Source: Candidatus Kapaibacterium sp. (lineage in GTDB: Bacteria; Bacteroidota; Ignavibacteria; Kapaibacteriales; UBA961). Taken from it: a stretch of DNA of 64,000 bases. Shown here one piece after another: positions 8,750-17,891 of this stretch. Position 1 is the first letter of the stretch; the number at the start of each line of letters is the position of its first letter. Under the pieces are notes generated by a model. That model did no database searches. It was not told the DNA's origin and saw nothing but the letters and a program-made list of their open reading frames with translations. A program made the position numbers and the translations under genes. Location: assembly GCA_046328995.1 (NCBI GenBank), contig JAXLVN010000003.1:431784-495783 (forward strand), given 5' to 3'.

Positions 8750-9382
8750 ATGTCTATTGTCATTGCTCTTGTCAGTTATCTCATCGGCGCAATTCCATTT
8801 GCTTATTTGCTTGTTCGCTACCGCACCGGTAAGGATATTAGAAGCGAGGGCAGCGGTAATGTCGGCGTGCTCAACAGCTACGAGGTCACGGCGAGTAAGT
8901 CGATAGGAATCATCGTGTTGGTGCTGGATCTGCTCAAGGGGTACGGCGCAGTGATGCTGGCTCGGTGGATCACCGGGAATGATTTTTTTAGTGCCGGACT
9001 CGCCGGTGTATTTGTCGTACTCGGTCATAATTTCAATATTTTTCTCCGTGGAAAAGGCGGACGCGGGCTCGCACCTGCCGCCGGTGTTTCGCTGGCAATT
9101 AACCCGATTACTCTGATTTTTTGGTGTCTCATGTGGCTCACGGGCTATTATGTCATTCGCAGAAATGTGCATGTCGGCAATGTATCGGGTACAATCGGCG
9201 CAGCACTGTTACTCGCGACAGCACCAACGCAAATCGTACGTGCTCTGATGCAATTACCATGCGAACCTCTCATGCAGCACACGATCCTGATGATGTTTAT
9301 CTGTATGCAAATTTTTATCCGGCATCTCGACCCAATGCGCGAACTCATGGCAGAGTGGAATAACGAACCCGATATCGAATAA
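8750..9382 (+). CDS. plsY: Glycerol-3-phosphate acyltransferase PlsY
   Basis: 210 aa, multi-TM, with motifs GSGNVGVLN, HNF and GGKG. Confidence 0.8.
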   Translation: MSIVIALVSYLIGAIPFAYLLVRYRTGKDIRSEGSGNVGVLNSYEVTASKSIGIIVLVLDLLKGYGAVMLARWITGNDFFSAGLAGVFVVLGHNFNIFLRGKGGRGLAPAAGVSLAINPITLIFWCLMWLTGYYVIRRNVHVGNVSGTIGAALLLATAPTQIVRALMQLPCEPLMQHTILMMFICMQIFIRHLDPMRELMAEWNNEPDIE

Positions 9383-9386
9383 CGAG

Positions 9387-12300
9387 TTATTGTATAAACA
9401 CCGCAGCCGGAAGCTCTACAATAAACGTTGCACCTTTCCCGATTTCACTCTCGCACCATACCTGACCATTCATCACTTCGACGAGCTTTTTGACAATCGA
9501 AAGTCCGAGACCCGAGGAATGTTCGCCGCCGGTCGGCTTCGCTGACAATCGCACATACCGCCCGAAGAGCTTTTTCTTGTCCTCTGCGCTCATGCCCGGA
9601 CCTTCGTCACGGACTTCAAGTCGAACCATACTATGGACTTGCGCTACACTCACTTCGACTGTTTTGTCTCCGGGAGAGAATTTAATAGCATTCGAGACTA
9701 AATTATCGAGAATTTCATGAATTGCCGATTGGTCGGCGAGCATCAGCGTTTCTTTCGGAGGAAGGGTTAATTTCAGACGGATATTCTTGGCTGAGGCACG
9801 CTCCATAAAGTCACGCACGATGCTTGTAGCGAGCGCGGAAGCGTCCATTTTTACGACATTGAGATTCACCTTGCCGGACTCTATCGCATTGACATCCAAG
9901 AGGTTAATTATAATATCCCGCATCCGACCTGCCGTCGTCTCAATTTTCTCCATCATACTTTTGACTTCGTCCGGCGGGAGCATCGTAAAGTAATTTTTGA
10001 CATTCGATGCCGTGAGCGCGATACCGGCGATGGGATTTTTGAGGTCATGCGCCACGATACCAAGCACTTCGGTTTTGTCCTCATTGAGTTGTTTTAGATT
10101 TCGATTCAACTCATCCATTTCAATAAGTGTATTTGCCAGCTCATGATTGACCTGCGCAAGTGATGCGTTGGCAATGGAAATTTCCTTGGTTCTTTCCTGC
10201 ACGGTGACTTCGAGTTCGGCTTTTCGTGCGACCAAGCTTCTTACTCTCAGATGATACACCGCAAAGCCCGCTCCGGCAAGTGCGAGAATTGCCATAATCC
10301 TGAACCACCAGGTTTGATAAAAAAATGGACTCACCGTAAAGCTGATTCGCGCCCCGGTTTCATTCCACACGCCATCATTATTGCAGGCAATCACCTGAAA
10401 CGTATATTTTCCCGGCGGGAGACTCGTATAATATGCGGTGCGACGATTACCGGCATCGATCCAATTGGAGGAATTTTCAAGGATTCTATACTTGAATTGT
10501 ACATTCGAAGGGATGAGCAGACTCAGGGCTGTGTAGGTGAATTCAATCTGATTTGTGCCGGCAGGGAAGAGGAGTGTATCTGCGGGGGCAAAGGAAATAC
10601 TGTCTGCGGTGATTTGTTCAATAACTACGTTGGGCAGAAGCGTGTTATTGCTCATCTTGCCGGTACGTACCACCGCCATACCGTGTACTGTCGGGAAGCA
10701 AATACGACCATCCTTCGTTTGCCATGCGGCCGGCATAAATCCTACCGTACACTCGGCTGATTTCATACCGTCCTGTTCGCGATACACCACCGGAACCACC
10801 TTTTTTGCCGTGCCGTTCATCACATGTTCGATGTCACGTTTGACAATGCGATAGACTCCCTTATTGCTGCTTATCCAGAAATTACCGCTTGCATCCTCGG
10901 TAATCGAATAGACCCTGTTGTCGAAGAGTCCGTCCTGCGAGGTAATGGTCGTGAATTTCCCGTCGAGGAGGCGGGTGAGACCATCGCGATGACTGCCGAA
11001 CCACAAGGCGCCCGATTTATCCTCATACATACAACGGATTTGATTCGACGGCAAGCCATTTTGCACGGTATAACTCGTAAACCTACCATTAGAATAGCAG
11101 CTCACGCCTCCACCATAACAGGATATCCACAACCTTCCTTGTTTATCTTCGAGCATACCCGCAATAATACCCGGCAAGAGTCCGCCGGATTTCGGCTCGG
11201 TTCGCATAATTGCATTATCTACTACTATCATAATTCCGTTCGACGTACCGATCCACAGCGTTCCTTTCTTGTCCTCATGGAACGAATAGGCAATATCGTT
11301 CTGTGACTTGCTGCCGAATGGTACGGACGTAAATTTTCCATTGGAATACTTATCCACACTGCCCGAACTTCCACCAATCCAAAGAGTTCCGTCACGAGCT
11401 TCATAGAGTGCCGTTATCGGATTATCGCTCGAGAGTCCATTGTTAGAATTATACGTTGTGCTGACAGTACCATTCATCCTGCTTAGCCCTTGGGACGTGG
11501 CCACCCACAATCCGTCCTTTGTCTCGATAATTGAGCGGATGTAATCGCCGGAGAGACCTTCTTTGGTCGTAAGCGTGGTAAAGACAGCATCACGCAATCT
11601 GTGCAATCCGCCGGTAAAGGTGCCTATCCACACGCTGCCTTCACGGTCTTCGAGAAGGGAAATCACCGGATCATCGGCAAGCTCTTCCGCTGTGAAATCT
11701 GCGAGAACACCATTGCTGTATCTCGATAATCCATGAGCAGTTGCTATCCACAATGTACCATCTCTGTCCGACAAAAGCTGCTGAACCGGATTGCCTGAAA
11801 AGCGTCCGATGAGTGTGGCTGTACTGCTATTACCGCCGGAGAGACGGACGACATTATCACTTGCCGACACCCACACATTGCCTGCTTTATCGCTGCAGAG
11901 TCCGGCGACCGGTACGGCGGGGAATTGCCCTGCCCGCACGGCTTTGCCGGAGCTATAGGTGTAGAGACCATCCGTAGCGCCTATCCACACGGTGCCGTCA
12001 GGCGTCTGGCAGAAGGAATATTTATATCCTTGAGTAATTTCATTAACCTTTAGTATTATATCAAGCTTGGATTGAAATATCCGGAGAACGCCGGTTGAAG
12101 TACCCACCCACACGGCACCGGAGGCATCGGTCCATAATTTATTGATCGATCGGGAGAGTTTTCCGGCATTTTTGTAGGGTGCAAGCGAACTAAACGTCGT
12201 ACCGTTGAATTGAAATAATCCCTGCGACTGCGTGCCGACAATCATGGTGCCGCTCAGGTCTTCGGTAAGAGCGACGATGCCGAGTGCAGAAAGCTCGGTG

Positions 12301-12548
12301 GTGGTATGGCCGTAATTGACAAATCGTACACCGTCGAAGCGCACGAGTCCTTCGTCGAAGGTGCCGAGCCATAGATAGCCGCTTTTGGATTGATAAAGCG
12401 CAGGTATCCCGTTGGATGGTAATCCGTTGCCGGATTTCCACTGGTCGTGGACATACTGATTGGGTGCTTTATTGCCATCGAGACCCCGGAGTACGGGGTG
12501 GGTGGAAAGAAATACAGTAAGTGTAAGCAGGGTAACAACTAATCTCAT
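9387..12548 (-). CDS. Sensor histidine kinase with an N-terminal signal peptide, a periplasmic beta-propeller repeat array, a Y_Y_Y domain, one TM, then HisKA and HATPase_c. No receiver or HTH domain.
   Basis: 1053 aa. Repeated ..G.LWIGT..GL..YS.G.F.. propeller blades; TM WWFRIMAILALAGAGFAVYHL; H-box IVAHDLKNPIAG; ATPase G-boxes ..DEGPGMS.. and GLGLSIVKKLVEVMNG. The ORF ends after HATPase_c. Confidence 0.8.
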   Translation of the reverse strand: MRLVVTLLTLTVFLSTHPVLRGLDGNKAPNQYVHDQWKSGNGLPSNGIPALYQSKSGYLWLGTFDEGLVRFDGVRFVNYGHTTTELSALGIVALTEDLSGTMIVGTQSQGLFQFNGTTFSSLAPYKNAGKLSRSINKLWTDASGAVWVGTSTGVLRIFQSKLDIILKVNEITQGYKYSFCQTPDGTVWIGATDGLYTYSSGKAVRAGQFPAVPVAGLCSDKAGNVWVSASDNVVRLSGGNSSTATLIGRFSGNPVQQLLSDRDGTLWIATAHGLSRYSNGVLADFTAEELADDPVISLLEDREGSVWIGTFTGGLHRLRDAVFTTLTTKEGLSGDYIRSIIETKDGLWVATSQGLSRMNGTVSTTYNSNNGLSSDNPITALYEARDGTLWIGGSSGSVDKYSNGKFTSVPFGSKSQNDIAYSFHEDKKGTLWIGTSNGIMIVVDNAIMRTEPKSGGLLPGIIAGMLEDKQGRLWISCYGGGVSCYSNGRFTSYTVQNGLPSNQIRCMYEDKSGALWFGSHRDGLTRLLDGKFTTITSQDGLFDNRVYSITEDASGNFWISSNKGVYRIVKRDIEHVMNGTAKKVVPVVYREQDGMKSAECTVGFMPAAWQTKDGRICFPTVHGMAVVRTGKMSNNTLLPNVVIEQITADSISFAPADTLLFPAGTNQIEFTYTALSLLIPSNVQFKYRILENSSNWIDAGNRRTAYYTSLPPGKYTFQVIACNNDGVWNETGARISFTVSPFFYQTWWFRIMAILALAGAGFAVYHLRVRSLVARKAELEVTVQERTKEISIANASLAQVNHELANTLIEMDELNRNLKQLNEDKTEVLGIVAHDLKNPIAGIALTASNVKNYFTMLPPDEVKSMMEKIETTAGRMRDIIINLLDVNAIESGKVNLNVVKMDASALATSIVRDFMERASAKNIRLKLTLPPKETLMLADQSAIHEILDNLVSNAIKFSPGDKTVEVSVAQVHSMVRLEVRDEGPGMSAEDKKKLFGRYVRLSAKPTGGEHSSGLGLSIVKKLVEVMNGQVWCESEIGKGATFIVELPAAVFIQ

Positions 12549-12589
12549 ACAATTCCATGGTAAGTAAACACGAGATACCCGATAGAGAA

Positions 12590-13513
12590 TTATTCATCGA
12601 CGGCGATAATAAGAAATTGCGACGGGAGCCAGAATTTTTCCGTATCGGTAATCTTGAGGGAGATGATTTTTTTCGCTTCGTCGTATTGTGGTGTCAGGAA
12701 TTTTGGATTGTGCGCCGAGACAATAGCATAGCGTTTACATTTCTTGACAAAGAGAATTTCCGATTGAGTCGTCACATCAAAGGTATTGAATTTCTTGATG
12801 TTGAGTTCTTTCGCCGGAGTGAGAGTCTCGCCATGTTTTCCGAGTACCCACAGGTCTGCACCGCCTACTTTTTGCACGAGTCCACGGCTGAGGAGCTCGT
12901 CCTCTGAGCCGATGGTATAATAGACAAACTTCGATTTCGGTGCCGTTTCGAGCGGTTGGGTGTCTGTTTTTTTCTCTGCCCGGCTGCCGGATGAGCGTGG
13001 GTGACCTGTCTGAACAACGGTGCTGTCCTGAGCTTTTAATTCATAAAAATCGGCGTATAATTTTCGGACATCCGACTCCTGGCTCACGCATTTTTCTTTC
13101 ATCGAGGCGAGCTTGACTTTGATAGCATTGGTATGGGAGGCGAGCTGTGGATTTTGGCGCTCGATTGCCATGATCTTGGATTCCAGATCCTGAATACGGG
13201 ATTTACTGGAGTTGATGACGTTGGACACCGAGTCGAGAGTGGAGAACCATACAGAAGTTTCCGCATCTTCTGCAGCGCCGTGTTTGAGCCCGGACTTTCC
13301 GTTTTCTCCGGTTAAATACAACAGTTTATCATAGACTTCATTGATAGTTGCCGTCGCATCGGCCATGACATCATTCAAGCTGTCTTTCTGGACTGTCATA
13401 TCGAGCATGGCGGCATACTGCGCCTTTTCATTCTGCATTTTTACGATTTCTTCTTTATTCGAGCAGCCGGCAAGCAATGTGATAGCCACGAACAGAGTCA
13501 CGATAGTTTTCAT
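12590..13513 (-). CDS. Hypothetical lipoprotein with a coiled-coil-rich N-terminal half
   Basis: MKTIVTLFVAITLLAGCSNK signal with lipobox. No recognisable catalytic motifs. Directly upstream of the sensor kinase (42-nt gap). Confidence 0.5.
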   Translation of the reverse strand: MKTIVTLFVAITLLAGCSNKEEIVKMQNEKAQYAAMLDMTVQKDSLNDVMADATATINEVYDKLLYLTGENGKSGLKHGAAEDAETSVWFSTLDSVSNVINSSKSRIQDLESKIMAIERQNPQLASHTNAIKVKLASMKEKCVSQESDVRKLYADFYELKAQDSTVVQTGHPRSSGSRAEKKTDTQPLETAPKSKFVYYTIGSEDELLSRGLVQKVGGADLWVLGKHGETLTPAKELNIKKFNTFDVTTQSEILFVKKCKRYAIVSAHNPKFLTPQYDEAKKIISLKITDTEKFWLPSQFLIIAVDE

Positions 13514-13856
13514 AATGTTCTCCTGTAAATTTCAGCAGTAATCCGCAGATGCGGTCATAAGTTGATGAAGTGACAGTAATGGAATGCAAATTACAAAAGG
13601 TGACCGTGGCAGCAAAGAAGTAATATGCAAAGGGTTGAAAAAGTCGATCGGTAGATGTCTATAGGAGTTCAGTGCCATTACCCGCCAAGCTCTGCTTGGA
13701 CGAGGTGGAAAAATGCTTATGATCATGATAGCCGGAACAGTCCGGCATCACGTAGTGAAACTGCTATCTCCTCTATCTTCACGGCCTGGACGGCCATGGG
13801 TGTCCGCAGGCGACGGCTTGGAATGTGATGAACTGAACCCATTAATTATAAGGCAG

Positions 13857-14339
13857 TTATTTTGATTTAGCCGGCAAGCTGCGCTTGAGCTGGGTCAGTG
13901 CGTGGGTGAGCGCGCGTTCATTGTCGAAGCCCGCAGGACGTATTCTCAGCAGGCGGCGTCGACCGGCGACTCTGACCTTGACGATACGGTAAGCGCCTTC
14001 GCGGGAGCGGCGTTCTTTGCCGAAGGTAATGCGGAGGATATCTTGCTTACGGAAGGTGCGCTCACGGAAGCGATTACGGAGGGTAATTCCTTCATTCGTA
14101 ATAATGATACGGCGATTCATGAATCGGCTGATCCCGGCACCGATGGCGGTGGTAATGACAAAGACGGCGAGGAGAACGACGATAGGGTCGTGGAGGGTAA
14201 CTGACAGTTGGCCGGAGTCGATCGTGCCGCGTAGCAGCGAATAGAGGACGAGTGCCACGGCATAGACGGCGATGGCTTGCCAGTAGAAGTCTATTCGATA
14301 GTAAAATTCTTTATCTTCTTGATTTGTAATCTGCTTCAT
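13857..14339 (-). CDS. Hypothetical membrane protein (two TM helices, Arg-rich C-terminus)
   Basis: 160 aa. Start overlaps the murG stop by 4 nt, suggesting co-transcription. Confidence 0.4.
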   Translation of the reverse strand: MKQITNQEDKEFYYRIDFYWQAIAVYAVALVLYSLLRGTIDSGQLSVTLHDPIVVLLAVFVITTAIGAGISRFMNRRIIITNEGITLRNRFRERTFRKQDILRITFGKERRSREGAYRIVKVRVAGRRRLLRIRPAGFDNERALTHALTQLKRSLPAKSK

Positions 14340-15457
14340 CGCGTTTCCCGTGTAGAATGTGAGGGCTGTTTGCTGGCAATTGTTATCAGGATTTCAGCAG
14401 CATCCCGGGCTGCATTCGGACGTGCAAGCGTGCCGGCTGCGGCGGCCATTGTATCGAGCGTGTCGGGTGATTCAAGGAGCAGATCGAGAACGAGGGGAAG
14501 GAATGCGTCCTGTAATTCAGCATCGCGTACCATGATCGCAGCGCCGGATGCGGTAAGTGCTTTGGCATTATACTCTTGTTCGTTGTTTGCTGCCGATGGA
14601 AGCGGCACGAGCACCGCCGGCTTGCGGGCGATTTTGAGCTCGGCGACGGTTCCTCCGCCGGCCCTACACAGCACCAAATCCGCCGCTGAATACGCCGATG
14701 CCATATCATCGATAAACGTTCGGCTGACGATACCGTCGGGCAGTGTTTCCGGCGGTGTATAATTTTTACCCGTTTGCCAGAGTACTTGAATGCCTCGGGC
14801 AGATAATATTTCCACAGAGGCCGCGACGGCATGATTAATCGACCGCGCCCCGAGACTACCGCCGAAGACAAAGAGAGTGGGCGTATGAACGCTGAGCCCG
14901 AAGGTCGCTCTGGCGTCATTCACCGGCGGTGCGGCGGTAAGCATTGAGTGCCGTACGGGATTACCTACGACATGCATACGGGCATGAAGTGAGGGAGGGA
15001 AGTATTCTTTAGACTCGCTAAATGCGAGAATAATGGCCTGCGCTTTTGGGGCGAGCAGGCGATTGGTCTTACCGGGCAGAACATTCGACTCGAGGAGCAT
15101 CATCGGTATCTTAAGAAACGACGACATGAGTCCCGCCGGATAGCTTATGTATGTGCCTCCACAGAGAATTACGTCGATATTGTGCTGCTTGCACAACGAG
15201 CGAATCATGAGGAGAGAACGGAAAATCCGAAGGGGAAGCACGGGTGTCGAGCGGTGAAATATCCCCTGAAATCCGGTCACGGGTATCGGTATAAAGCGAT
15301 AGCCGAGCTCGGGTATAACGCGCGCTTCGATACGATGCGGATTGCCGACGAAGATGACGGAACATTCGGTACCGAGCTTTGCCCGAACCTGCTCAATGAC
15401 CGCTACTGCCGGAAATAAATCGCCTCCCGTACCACCTGCTGCTACAAGAATATTCAT
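14336..15457 (-). CDS. murG: Undecaprenyldiphospho-muramoylpentapeptide beta-N-acetylglucosaminyltransferase MurG
   Basis: MNILVAAGGTGGDLFPAVAV...; a C-terminal GGS-containing donor-binding region; length about 373 aa. Confidence 0.8.
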   Translation of the reverse strand: MNILVAAGGTGGDLFPAVAVIEQVRAKLGTECSVIFVGNPHRIEARVIPELGYRFIPIPVTGFQGIFHRSTPVLPLRIFRSLLMIRSLCKQHNIDVILCGGTYISYPAGLMSSFLKIPMMLLESNVLPGKTNRLLAPKAQAIILAFSESKEYFPPSLHARMHVVGNPVRHSMLTAAPPVNDARATFGLSVHTPTLFVFGGSLGARSINHAVAASVEILSARGIQVLWQTGKNYTPPETLPDGIVSRTFIDDMASAYSAADLVLCRAGGGTVAELKIARKPAVLVPLPSAANNEQEYNAKALTASGAAIMVRDAELQDAFLPLVLDLLLESPDTLDTMAAAAGTLARPNAARDAAEILITIASKQPSHSTRETR

Positions 15458-15631
15458 AGTCAATACGTTACGACCAGCCGCTGAAAGAGAATTCCTGATA
15501 GCTGATTTCAATCGATGTCTTTACTGAATTCGCTACCACCTTTTTTCGCATTTAATAGCACGAAAATACCTATTTTTTCCGTAATTTGGATGTGGATGAC
15601 AAACGAAGTTTCCATAAAACAGTCTATCAGC

Positions 15632-16741
15632 ATGAAAATCTTTTCTCTCTTCGCGGTAATATCTATTCTCGTCAGTTCACAAGCCTTTGGGCAGGCATCG
15701 CTTGTGCGTAATCGCCTCCAGGCAGTAGCACTCGGAAAAGGAGAAGATGTCAAGAGGGAGCTGCCGGATATACTGGCTGAATTTCCCGATGATCCGGGTG
15801 TGCAATTCCTTCATGCTGTAGTACTTGAAGATGCAGCCCGCGCTCTGAAAATCTACGAGAAAATCGTCAAAGATCACCCCGAATGCGAGTGGGCCGATGA
15901 CTCCCAATGGCGGATCGTGCAATTCTATTCCCTCCGTAAAGATACCGTCCGCGCCAGAAAAGAACTCAAAACATATCGCGATAAATATCCGCAATCGGAG
16001 TTTCTCCTCAATGCCGCCGAAATGGTCAAAGCGACCGTCGGCGTGCCTAAAATTGATAAAACGACTGCTACAGCATCAGAACCCAAAACAGTAACAACTG
16101 ATGTAAAACCAGCCACTAAGCCAACCGTACCCGAAACAAAACCGGTTGCGAAGCCGCCTGCTCTCGCCGAGACAAAACCGGGCGTAAAGCCGACCGTAGC
16201 CGAAACAAAACCGGCAGCAAAGCCGACCGTAGCCGAAACAAAACCGGCCGCAAAGCCGACCGCCACCGAAACAAAACCGGTCGCAAAGCCGACCGCCACC
16301 GAGACGAAGCCGACCGCTAAGCCGGCCGCCACCGAGATAAAACCGGTACCAAAGCCCGGCACAAAGCCGACAACGGCGGAGACCAAGCCCGGCGCGAAGC
16401 CGACAACAGCTTCGACCAAGCCGAACGCTCCGGACGTGAAAGCGCCGCAAAAGCCAGGTACAGCTGATGTCAAGGCAGGGGCGAAGGCCGAACCCAAAGA
16501 ATCACCCAAAGAGATGTTTAGTTTGCAGGTAGGGAGCTATGATACCCGAGAAGCAGCAGAGAACGAAGTTAAGAATTACAAGCAAAAGCGTATGCGTGCC
16601 AGTGTAACTGAGAAAACAATCGACGGGGCCACGAAATATGCTGTTTTTATCGGTGAATACACCTCCAAAGAATCAGCCGAAAAGGCAAAGGAATTGGTGC
16701 AGAAAAGCTGTAATTGCACACCGTTTGTCGTGGGGAAATGA
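15632..16741 (+). CDS. Secreted TPR-like / Pro-Lys-Thr-rich repeat protein with a C-terminal SPOR (peptidoglycan-binding) domain
   Basis: Signal peptide MKIFSLFAVISILVSSQAFG; a long (AETKPAAKPTV)n linker; C-terminal ..FSLQVGSYDTREAAENEVKNYKQ......YAVFIGEYTSKESAEKAKEL, a SPOR-like fold. Confidence 0.6.
   Translation: MKIFSLFAVISILVSSQAFGQASLVRNRLQAVALGKGEDVKRELPDILAEFPDDPGVQFLHAVVLEDAARALKIYEKIVKDHPECEWADDSQWRIVQFYSLRKDTVRARKELKTYRDKYPQSEFLLNAAEMVKATVGVPKIDKTTATASEPKTVTTDVKPATKPTVPETKPVAKPPALAETKPGVKPTVAETKPAAKPTVAETKPAAKPTATETKPVAKPTATETKPTAKPAATEIKPVPKPGTKPTTAETKPGAKPTTASTKPNAPDVKAPQKPGTADVKAGAKAEPKESPKEMFSLQVGSYDTREAAENEVKNYKQKRMRASVTEKTIDGATKYAVFIGEYTSKESAEKAKELVQKSCNCTPFVVGK
16100..16440 (+). 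repeat. In-frame tandem repeat, period 30 nt (about 11 copies), encoding the AETKPAAKPT(V/A) linker
   Basis: Direct repetition of gccgaaacaaaaccggc[a/c]gcaaagccgacc... units is visible in the sequence. Confidence 0.8.
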
Positions 16742-16742
16742 T

Positions 16743-17870
16743 CTACCACGCTTCGAAAAAGCCGAGATACAGCTGCATTTCTTCATTCGAAAAACCTACA
16801 TCAAATCGCAAGTTGGCACGTTCATCCGGTAAAATTACAAAGCGTATTCCCGTTCCGCCGGTGAGCTTGATGCTGCGTAACGATAGATCGCTGAGCCGCC
16901 CGAAGACGTCACCAAGTCCCAGGAATCCTACCGCGCCGAAGCGCCACCAGAGAGGTGATCGATATTCACCCTGAACGGCAAGAGCGTTGTTGTCCCGAAA
17001 GCGACTGTTGAAATATCCTCTGAGCATGTACTCACCTCCTACATCCGATAATTTGTAGAATGGTGCACCTTCACTTACAAAACTTGCAATTGCTTGGTAC
17101 GTAAAGGCATCATCGTCGGTAAACCCGGGAAAATACTGCCGAAAATCGACATAAAGCTTACGATAAGAATACTCACTTCCCAAGGCACCTCCGTAAACAC
17201 TCAGCTTCGTATCAAAATAGCTGCCTGCCCGTGCTGAAAATAAATTATCACGCGTATCGAAATTTACGACTACGCCGAGACCCGATACAATTCCACCCGA
17301 ACTCCCAATAATTTTATGGGATTCGATAAGTCCTTGATTGCCGCTGGCCATTGAGTCTGATTGCTGAATGGAATCAAACCGAAAGTCAAATTGCCCGCCG
17401 ATATTCCAACCGTTACGAATACTGTGCGCATGAAGATTTGCGAGGAAATTGATAATAATTTTACATCCTTCGGGTGTGTAACTTTCTTTATCTAAAACAG
17501 TTGTGCGACTACCTCTGCCAAATAAATATGCAGGATATTTGCTGTATTTAAATGTCGAGGTAATGACCTTCGACTCGCCGTCAAGGTAGAATTCGGGATA
17601 AATGCCAATGCTGAATTGCTTGCGTTGACTGTATTCAGTGCTTGCCGTAATATTCGACGGGCGCGTACCTGCGATGGTATCAAGGCGAAAATAATAGAGT
17701 CCGCCTACACCACCGGCAAGCTTCGTCTCGGCCGTGTAGCTGATATAGGGAAAACCGGTAATACCCGAGCGACTCTTCGGAATCGTGTCGGCAGGGAGCT
17801 CAGCGTGCAGGAGATACGTCGCTGACAGGAGGGTAATGATGAACCATGAGAATCGAAAGAAAGTAAACAT
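16743..17870 (-). CDS. Outer-membrane beta-barrel protein of the Omp85/surface antigen D15 (BamA/TamA-like) family, lacking POTRA domains
   Basis: Signal peptide; alternating amphipathic beta-strands; C-terminal ...LYLGFFEAW with a terminal aromatic residue typical of OMP barrels. A G.G.RF-type strand pattern as in D15 barrels. Confidence 0.5.
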   Translation of the reverse strand: MFTFFRFSWFIITLLSATYLLHAELPADTIPKSRSGITGFPYISYTAETKLAGGVGGLYYFRLDTIAGTRPSNITASTEYSQRKQFSIGIYPEFYLDGESKVITSTFKYSKYPAYLFGRGSRTTVLDKESYTPEGCKIIINFLANLHAHSIRNGWNIGGQFDFRFDSIQQSDSMASGNQGLIESHKIIGSSGGIVSGLGVVVNFDTRDNLFSARAGSYFDTKLSVYGGALGSEYSYRKLYVDFRQYFPGFTDDDAFTYQAIASFVSEGAPFYKLSDVGGEYMLRGYFNSRFRDNNALAVQGEYRSPLWWRFGAVGFLGLGDVFGRLSDLSLRSIKLTGGTGIRFVILPDERANLRFDVGFSNEEMQLYLGFFEAW

Positions 17871-17891
17871 TATCGTATAGGTAAAAAGTAA

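Noticed and set aside
8618-9172. 184-aa minus-strand ORF overlapping plsY
   Set aside because: It is antisense to a confidently identified plsY with conserved motifs. It has no motif of its own and an unusual composition, so it is likely spurious.
9387-12548. Calling the sensor kinase a complete hybrid two-component system (HTCS)
   Set aside because: The ORF terminates right after HATPase_c. No receiver or AraC-type HTH residues are present, so only a sensor histidine kinase is supported.
13514-13856. 340-nt intergenic region upstream of the lipoprotein/kinase genes with short hairpins (ccaagctctgcttgg, ccggaacagtccgg); considered as a 6S RNA or riboswitch
   Set aside because: I could not recognise any conserved ncRNA signature and the hairpins are short. 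Left as unexplained intergenic DNA, with insufficient evidence to call a feature.
15925-16509. Minus-strand ORFs of 194 aa and 124 aa (15925..16509, 16076..16450) rich in Gly/Ala/Val or Arg/Gly/Cys repeats
   Set aside because: They lie antisense to, and entirely within, the 30-nt tandem repeat of the SPOR-protein gene. Low-complexity open frames in alternate frames are expected from such a repeat, so I treat them as artefacts.
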